From Candidatus Cloacimonadales bacterium (GTDB lineage: Bacteria > Cloacimonadota > Cloacimonadia > Cloacimonadales > JAFGVF01), in the NCBI GenBank assembly GCA_963677495.2, contig CAXXOU010000004.1, positions 1,120,001-1,184,000 of the forward strand: DNA of 64,000 nt, written 5' to 3'. Within the stretch, counting starts at the first letter, position 1; every line of letters starts with the position of its first letter. Shown here one piece after another: positions 58,297 to 64,000 of the stretch. The notes beneath the pieces were generated by a model. That model did not search any database. It was not told the origin of the DNA and saw only the letters and a program-made list of their open reading frames with translations. The translations under genes were made by a program, and so were the position numbers.

Positions 58297-59160
58297 CTAT
58301 CTTTTGATAAATTCTCTTGCGTTCTCTGCGTGATATGAGCTCCTAACTAATGGTCCGGATTCAACTAATAAGAATCCAAGTTCCAACCCTATCTTCTGAT
58401 ATGTCGCAAATTGGTCCGGATGTACATATTCAACTACCGGATGATGCTTTTCAGAAGGGGCTAGATACTGTCCAATAGTCAGGATGTTACAATCAACGCT
58501 CCGCAAGTCTTTCATGAGATTAATAACTTCGTCCTCAGTTTCACCCAATCCGACCATAATCCCACTTTTTGTAAGGATGTTTGCATCATACTCTTTTGAT
58601 CTTCTCAGTAGTTCTAAGGATCTATCGTAATCTGCCATTGGTCTGACGTCAGGGTATAGTCTTCGGACTGTTTCTAAATTATGATTTAATATGTCAGGAG
58701 AGGCATCAAGAATCGAGATAAGACTCTTCCTGTCTCCCTGGAGATCTGATATCAATACTTCTACAGTTACATCTTCTGTCATATCATGTACTGCATTGAG
58801 TGTCTTGACGAACTGGTCTGCACCACCATCCTCAAGATCATCTCTAGTTACAGTTGTAATGACAAGATGTTTCAGATTAAACTGCATAGAAAGTTTTGCA
58901 ATATTTTCAGGTTCTTTAGGATCAGGCACTAGTAACGCATCCTTATCCTTTTTCACTGCACAGAACTTACAATTTCTTGTACACACTTCACCGAGTATCA
59001 TCACTGTAGCAGTGCCTCTGTCGAAGCACTCTCCCCTATTAGGGCAATGAGCACTTTCACAGACAGTATGTAAGTTAAGCTTCTTAAGATAAGCGTTTAT
59101 TTCTGAAGCTTTCTTAGATCCTAATCTATTCGCTTTGAGCCACTTTGGTTTTCTTTCCAT
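58297..59160 (-). CDS. lipA: Lipoyl synthase
   Basis: CESAHCPNRGEC, CTRNCKFC and RSSYHA. Confidence 0.96.
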   Translation of the reverse strand: MERKPKWLKANRLGSKKASEINAYLKKLNLHTVCESAHCPNRGECFDRGTATVMILGEVCTRNCKFCAVKKDKDALLVPDPKEPENIAKLSMQFNLKHLVITTVTRDDLEDGGADQFVKTLNAVHDMTEDVTVEVLISDLQGDRKSLISILDASPDILNHNLETVRRLYPDVRPMADYDRSLELLRRSKEYDANILTKSGIMVGLGETEDEVINLMKDLRSVDCNILTIGQYLAPSEKHHPVVEYVHPDQFATYQKIGLELGFLLVESGPLVRSSYHAENAREFIKR

Positions 59161-60561
59161 TTATAATTTATGTACCGATAACCCATCAACATCTTCAACC
59201 GATTCCATTACACATTCAGCAAGTGTTGGATGTGCAAAAACTATCTTTTCAACGTCATGAGTTGTTGCTTGTTTTCCGATTAAGATCGCACCTTGTGCAA
59301 TCATTTCTGTGGCATTGGGACCGATGATATGCATGCCGACAATTTTTCCTGAGTGTTTTTCAGCTATTGTTTTTACGAATCCAAAGGTATCACCAATTGC
59401 CATTGCCTTACCTGATGCAGAGAATGGGAATTTACCGATTTCTATTTCTTCGTACATCTCCTGAGCTTCTACAGTTGTTAAACCAACAGAACCAATTTCA
59501 GGATGTGTAAAAGTGCATCTTGGTATATCTTTATAATCAAGTTTGAATGATTCGAAATCTACTCCATTAACTAATTTATTAATCTGGGATGCCACCATTA
59601 GTCCTTGCTTGCTAGCTGTATGTGCAAGCATCAACTTAGCTGTGTTATCACCAATAGCCCAGATATTCTCTACTCCGGTTTTCATCTCATCATCAATATT
59701 AAGAGCACCCTTTTCAATAGTTACGCTACAATTTTTCATTTCGATATTGTTAACTGGTGCACGTCCTACACTAACTAAAACTTTCTCAACTGCTATTTCC
59801 TTACTATTCGAGAGTTTAAGAAGAATACCTTCTTCTTGCTTCTCATAGGCTTCTACAGCTGATTTAGTCATAACTTTGATTCCTGATTTCTTTAAGGCAA
59901 CTGCAAGTCTTTTAGAAATCTCTTCATCTTCGAAAGGAACAAGTTTTGGAAGGAACTCAATAACTGTAACTTGAACTCCCATAGCATTGTATATTGAAGC
60001 AAACTCACACCCTATAACACCACCACCAACTACAGCCAATGATTTGGGAAGTTCTTTCATCTCAAGAATATGGTCTGAAGAAAGAATATTTTCTCCATCG
60101 AATGGCATGAATGGGAGTTCTTTTGGTTGAGAGCCTGTTGCAAGGACAACATAGTCAGCACTATATTCTTCACTATCATTTGTACTAATTACGAACAACT
60201 TATCCCTCTTTTCAATTGAGATAACTTCTTGCTTAATTACAGGTATCTTCTGCTTTGAATAAAGCTTTTCAATTCCCGATACAAGATTCTCAACAATGTT
60301 ATTCTTTCTTTCGAATACTTGATTATAATCTACATCAAAATCCGGAATAACCAAGCCATAAGATTGGGATTTTTTAACTTCACTATATAATTCTGCAACT
60401 TTCACAAGTGCTTTTGTAGGAATACAACCACGATTCAGACAAACACCACCAAGGCGTTCCTTTTCGAAAACAACAGTTTCTATGTTGTAACGGTGCAAGC
60501 GTAACCCGGTAACATAACCACCTGGTCCACCACCAATTATCGCAACTTTATAATGTGTCAA
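59161..60561 (-). CDS. lpdA: Dihydrolipoamide dehydrogenase
   Basis: GGGPGGY, GGVCLNRGCIP, GGGVIG and HPTLAE. Confidence 0.95.
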   Translation of the reverse strand: MTHYKVAIIGGGPGGYVTGLRLHRYNIETVVFEKERLGGVCLNRGCIPTKALVKVAELYSEVKKSQSYGLVIPDFDVDYNQVFERKNNIVENLVSGIEKLYSKQKIPVIKQEVISIEKRDKLFVISTNDSEEYSADYVVLATGSQPKELPFMPFDGENILSSDHILEMKELPKSLAVVGGGVIGCEFASIYNAMGVQVTVIEFLPKLVPFEDEEISKRLAVALKKSGIKVMTKSAVEAYEKQEEGILLKLSNSKEIAVEKVLVSVGRAPVNNIEMKNCSVTIEKGALNIDDEMKTGVENIWAIGDNTAKLMLAHTASKQGLMVASQINKLVNGVDFESFKLDYKDIPRCTFTHPEIGSVGLTTVEAQEMYEEIEIGKFPFSASGKAMAIGDTFGFVKTIAEKHSGKIVGMHIIGPNATEMIAQGAILIGKQATTHDVEKIVFAHPTLAECVMESVEDVDGLSVHKL

Positions 60562-62012
60562 TTTCGCCTCCTAAGTCGACTATTCAGGATTCCCATTTCA
60601 TCTCTATATTTTGCAACTATACGCCTTGAGATAAACATCTCATCTTTTCTAAGCATTTCAACTAATGCTTGGTCGCTATAAGGATGTAATGAGTCTTCCT
60701 CTTCTATATATTTAGCTATACAAGTTTTCACTCTTTGTCTTGAAACTGATTCAAAGTTCGTATCTTGCCCTGCAGTAGAACTAAAAAATTTCTTTAATGG
60801 TATAACTCCAAAGGGAGTATCAGCGTACTTATCCTTAACAACTCTTGAAATTGTAGATTCGCTAATTCCTAAATCTTCTGCTATCACTGCATAGGTCATT
60901 GGATGCAAAACTCTGTCGTTATTATAAAAAAAATCCTGTTGATGCCTGATAATAGCTTTTACTACTCGTTCCATCGTTCTACGTCTCATATAGATGGATT
61001 TAATAAGGAACCTGGCAGAATTAACTTTATCTCTAACATACTTCACAGTTTCTTTATCCTGCTTATTTGAATGGATCATTTTTCGATAATGTGAGTTAAT
61101 ACCTAAATTTGGTGAGTAAAAGTCGTTGATTATTACTTCATACTCATCTTCAATCATTTTTATTATCACATCAGGAGTAACATAATCTTCTGCAACTTCA
61201 GAGATTCTTAAACCCGGTTTAGGATCACACTTTGCTATTATATCCCTAATTTTTATTATATAATCTTGAGAAACCTGATATTTCGGAGCTATTTTATGGT
61301 ACCTTCTGTGTATTAGGTTTTCAAAATCCTCTTTTACTATTCGAAGTATAATAGAGTCCTCTGCGTGCTGATCTTTCAATTGAACTAGAAGGCATTCATT
61401 TATCGAACGAGAAGTAATACCTTTCGGTGAGAGATTTAGAACTTGATTATGAAGTTCATCAGCCCTATATTGAGTAATGTCATACTCCTTAGCAACCGCA
61501 TAAAGGTCATAGTCTTCAGATAAGAAACCATATGTGTTACAACTCTCAATCATATCATTAACAAAATCGTTCTCATTCTCCTGTAGATTAAGATAGTGAA
61601 GTTGTTCTACATACTCCGCACGACGGTTTACTTTTGCTTTTAAAACTATTTCAGTCTTATCATCACTATCCCTATATTTTGACTTGTTATAACCGTTGTA
61701 CTCATTCCAAGAGTCAAGAATTTCACTTAGTTCATTAACTTCGTTAGCAGTTTCTTTATCCTCTGCTGTTTGAGTATCTTCACTAGTTTCCTGTTTTTCT
61801 TGTTCTTTCTTTTCCTCATCTTTACGCTCCTCTTCACCTTCCGGGTCAAATTCGCGCAGTTCAAGAAGTGGATTAGTTGTCAGTTCGGACTTAAGGAATT
61901 GTTCAAGTTCAAGACGTGTCATTGTAAGAAGCTTCAAAGATTGAAGCATCTTTGGCTTCAATACAGTTTGTTGAAGCTGTTTATGTGATAATATCTGATG
62001 TATTCCGCTCAT
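60558..62012 (-). CDS. rpoN: RNA polymerase sigma-54 factor
   Basis: Region I Q/L-rich with NPLLE; ESTISR HTH; RpoN box SRRIVAKYR. Confidence 0.95.
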   Translation of the reverse strand: MSGIHQILSHKQLQQTVLKPKMLQSLKLLTMTRLELEQFLKSELTTNPLLELREFDPEGEEERKDEEKKEQEKQETSEDTQTAEDKETANEVNELSEILDSWNEYNGYNKSKYRDSDDKTEIVLKAKVNRRAEYVEQLHYLNLQENENDFVNDMIESCNTYGFLSEDYDLYAVAKEYDITQYRADELHNQVLNLSPKGITSRSINECLLVQLKDQHAEDSIILRIVKEDFENLIHRRYHKIAPKYQVSQDYIIKIRDIIAKCDPKPGLRISEVAEDYVTPDVIIKMIEDEYEVIINDFYSPNLGINSHYRKMIHSNKQDKETVKYVRDKVNSARFLIKSIYMRRRTMERVVKAIIRHQQDFFYNNDRVLHPMTYAVIAEDLGISESTISRVVKDKYADTPFGVIPLKKFFSSTAGQDTNFESVSRQRVKTCIAKYIEEEDSLHPYSDQALVEMLRKDEMFISRRIVAKYRDEMGILNSRLRRRN

Positions 62013-62015
62013 TTT

Positions 62016-62768
62016 TTATTCATCTAATAGAGGATTATGTAGGAAGTTTTCTCCTAGATAAACCTTTCTTGCTTGTTCGTCATTTACTAAATCTTTGGAT
62101 TCTCCAGAAAAGATAATCTTTCCCTCAGAAACAATATAAGCACGATTAACAATTTTCAAAGTTTCTAATACATTATGATCGGTAATCAATATACCGATAT
62201 TCTTCTCTTTAAGTTTTTCCACAATGTTTTGAATATCAGCAACCGCTATTGGGTCAACTCCGGCAAACGGTTCATCCATAAAAAGAAACGACGGATTTGT
62301 AACCAATGATCGTGTTATTTCGAGCTTACGTCTTTCTCCACCTGATAAAGTATATGCTTTTTGCTTAGCAAGTTTCGTTAAGTTAAGTTCTTCTAAATGT
62401 TCTTCAAGTCTTCTAACTCTCTCTTTCCTACTGATTTTTAGCGTTTGAAGTATTGCCATTATATTTTCTTCAACAGTCATTTTATGGAAGATTGAGGGTG
62501 CTTGAGCTAGATAACTAATTCCTAATCGAGCTCTTTTATACATTGGCCATTTAGTAATTTCCTGATCATTAAACATGACCTTACCTTCATTAGGTTTAGT
62601 TAATCCTATAATCATGTAGAACGAAGTTGTTTTGCCTGCACCATTGGGTCCAAGTACACCAACAACTTCTCCTTGGGTTATCTCTACCGAGAGTTCATTT
62701 ACAACTCTTCGCTTTCCATATATCTTAACAAGCTTCTCTGCTCGTATGTAGTTTTTGCCATCAATCAT
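62016..62768 (-). CDS. lptB: LPS export ABC ATPase
   Basis: GPNGAGKTT, LSGGERR, DEPFAGVDP and ITDHNV. Confidence 0.95.
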   Translation of the reverse strand: MIDGKNYIRAEKLVKIYGKRRVVNELSVEITQGEVVGVLGPNGAGKTTSFYMIIGLTKPNEGKVMFNDQEITKWPMYKRARLGISYLAQAPSIFHKMTVEENIMAILQTLKISRKERVRRLEEHLEELNLTKLAKQKAYTLSGGERRKLEITRSLVTNPSFLFMDEPFAGVDPIAVADIQNIVEKLKEKNIGILITDHNVLETLKIVNRAYIVSEGKIIFSGESKDLVNDEQARKVYLGENFLHNPLLDE

Positions 62769-62774
62769 GTATCT

Positions 62775-62803
62775 TTTATACTAAAAATAAGGAATAATGT
62801 CAA
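62775..62803 (-). promoter_or_regulatory. Sigma70-type promoter, probably giving a leaderless lptB mRNA
   Basis: TTGACA-N17-TATAAA-N6-ATG; no SD. Confidence 0.6.
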
Positions 62804-62872
62804 GCCCTATTCGTGTTTTTTATGAATTATTTATAATTGTTTATTGCAATTGGAACTTTTCTTGCTTGTAAG

Positions 62873-63955
62873 TTATTGGTAGAATCTATATTTGCCCTTT
62901 ATTTTGCCATTCATCTCAAAGAATTCAACTTCATCATCCTCTTTGAAAAAGATGTTAAGCTCTCTGCCATCAGACTGAATTTGCATAGGGTCATTACGTT
63001 TAGTTTTGTCCTCTTTTTGATCATAGAAATATGAAACGTTCTCATAAGCTTTAAAATGATTTATATTGTCATCAACAAAGTATATATCCATTAAGTCAGA
63101 TTTTACCCAGTTACTTTGAGGTTCCCCTTCTGAAGTCGCATAGTCAATATTGCATTGATTTCTCAATATTCCCTTCTTGAGCTTATTATCTTGAAAAAAT
63201 AAAGTAAACTCCTCAGCTCTTCCCTTTGCGAAATCAGAGATAAACACCGGATCACCTGTAAAAAGTGCTCGTTCCTCTTCGCTAAAAAAGATGAGGAAAC
63301 TAGACAATGCTGTAAATGCTTTTTGGCGTACTATAACATCAAATGATGCGATGTATTTTTGATAGTTATGAAAGAATTCTACTTTCTTGGATTCGATTGT
63401 TAACGAATCCTTTTTAACAAGCTTTAAAATCGGATTCTCTCTTAAGAAACCATATCCGGTACTGTGATTGTATTCTGCGTATCCACAGGTAGCTGACACA
63501 CTATCTACATAACTAAACATTCTTACATCACCCTTTACTTTCAAATAATTGCTGTTTCTATTAAAACTACCGGTCTCTGAATAAAACTCTCTGGAAAGCA
63601 CATCATCGGCATACTCTCGGATCTCTATGTCACCTGCCATATAAAGCATGTTTTTGCTGTTATCGAAGGCTATACTATCAGCAACAACATTCATAGTATC
63701 GTCTTTTGCATGAACATTACCAAGCATATATGCAAACTCACGCCCTTCATAAATCATTGCACTATCACAATTGTATTCTACATCACTATAAAAGAAATGT
63801 ACGTTTCCTTCCAGTTTACTAATATATCCCTCATCACCATTGATAATTGTCACATTATCTGAATGTTCTATCTTATAGGGTTTTCTACTCTTAGGCATCT
63901 CTGCAAAACAGAAAACTGTGATTAATATAAAACTAAAGATCAAGATTTTCTTCAT
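62873..63955 (-). CDS. LptA/OstA-like beta-jellyroll protein
   Basis: Signal peptide from ATG 63955; repeated GNV/GDV strands and L.CDSA-like motif; upstream of lptB. Confidence 0.75.
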   Translation of the reverse strand: MKKILIFSFILITVFCFAEMPKSRKPYKIEHSDNVTIINGDEGYISKLEGNVHFFYSDVEYNCDSAMIYEGREFAYMLGNVHAKDDTMNVVADSIAFDNSKNMLYMAGDIEIREYADDVLSREFYSETGSFNRNSNYLKVKGDVRMFSYVDSVSATCGYAEYNHSTGYGFLRENPILKLVKKDSLTIESKKVEFFHNYQKYIASFDVIVRQKAFTALSSFLIFFSEEERALFTGDPVFISDFAKGRAEEFTLFFQDNKLKKGILRNQCNIDYATSEGEPQSNWVKSDLMDIYFVDDNINHFKAYENVSYFYDQKEDKTKRNDPMQIQSDGRELNIFFKEDDEVEFFEMNGKIKGKYRFYQ

Positions 63956-64000
63956 CAACTGTTCCTTTAGCTTTAACATTATCCATTTTAGTAACTCTGA
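63933..64000 (-). CDS. 3' end of the upstream gene (position suggests LptC)
   Basis: Open frame RVTKMDNVKAKGTVDEENLDL* overlapping the lptA-like start; identity inferred from synteny only. Confidence 0.4.
   Translation of the reverse strand, partial: RVTKMDNVKAKGTVDEENLDL

Overview
AT-rich chromosomal window from an anaerobic, diderm, amino-acid-fermenting bacterium; gene content and the FlgD/T9SS-like C-termini suggest Candidatus Cloacimonadota (inference). Nearly all genes are on the minus strand. Blocks in order: OMP beta-barrel; aminotransferase with a 4-subunit 2-oxoacid:ferredoxin oxidoreductase; SpoVG-like gene and hflX; large secreted beta-helix protein; trmB-dgt-prfB-uppS-cdsA operon; two Hsp20 genes with a CIRCE-like operator; GLUG/PKD/LamG surface protein; metallophosphoesterase, methyltransferase and thiamine diphosphokinase; alpha-2-macroglobulin and pbpC; a NuoE/NuoF-like plus GltD-NuoG fusion complex (Nfn-Bfu-like) beside gdhA; a pentapeptide-like repeat protein; a complete IS21 with a 7-bp target duplication; an S41 peptidase broken by an in-frame TAG; MarR-GNAT; MFS; and lptA/lptB-rpoN-lpdA-lipA-hpf-hprK-ptsH-ptsI-pgi. 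I saw no rRNA, tRNA or CRISPR. The most unusual signal is non-coding: (i) mirror arrays of short motifs spaced exactly 11 bp around a 3-nt centre, built from two unrelated core sequences; (ii) a 3 x 166-bp array of hairpin-rich units bounded by inverted GTAG/GTAC REP-like hairpins; (iii) several palindromic repeat modules reused in shuffled order, one of which received the IS21. Translational oddities: +1 frameshift in prfB, a probable ATC start for hflX, and a probable leaderless lptB mRNA. All alignments were done by eye; no database searches were run.
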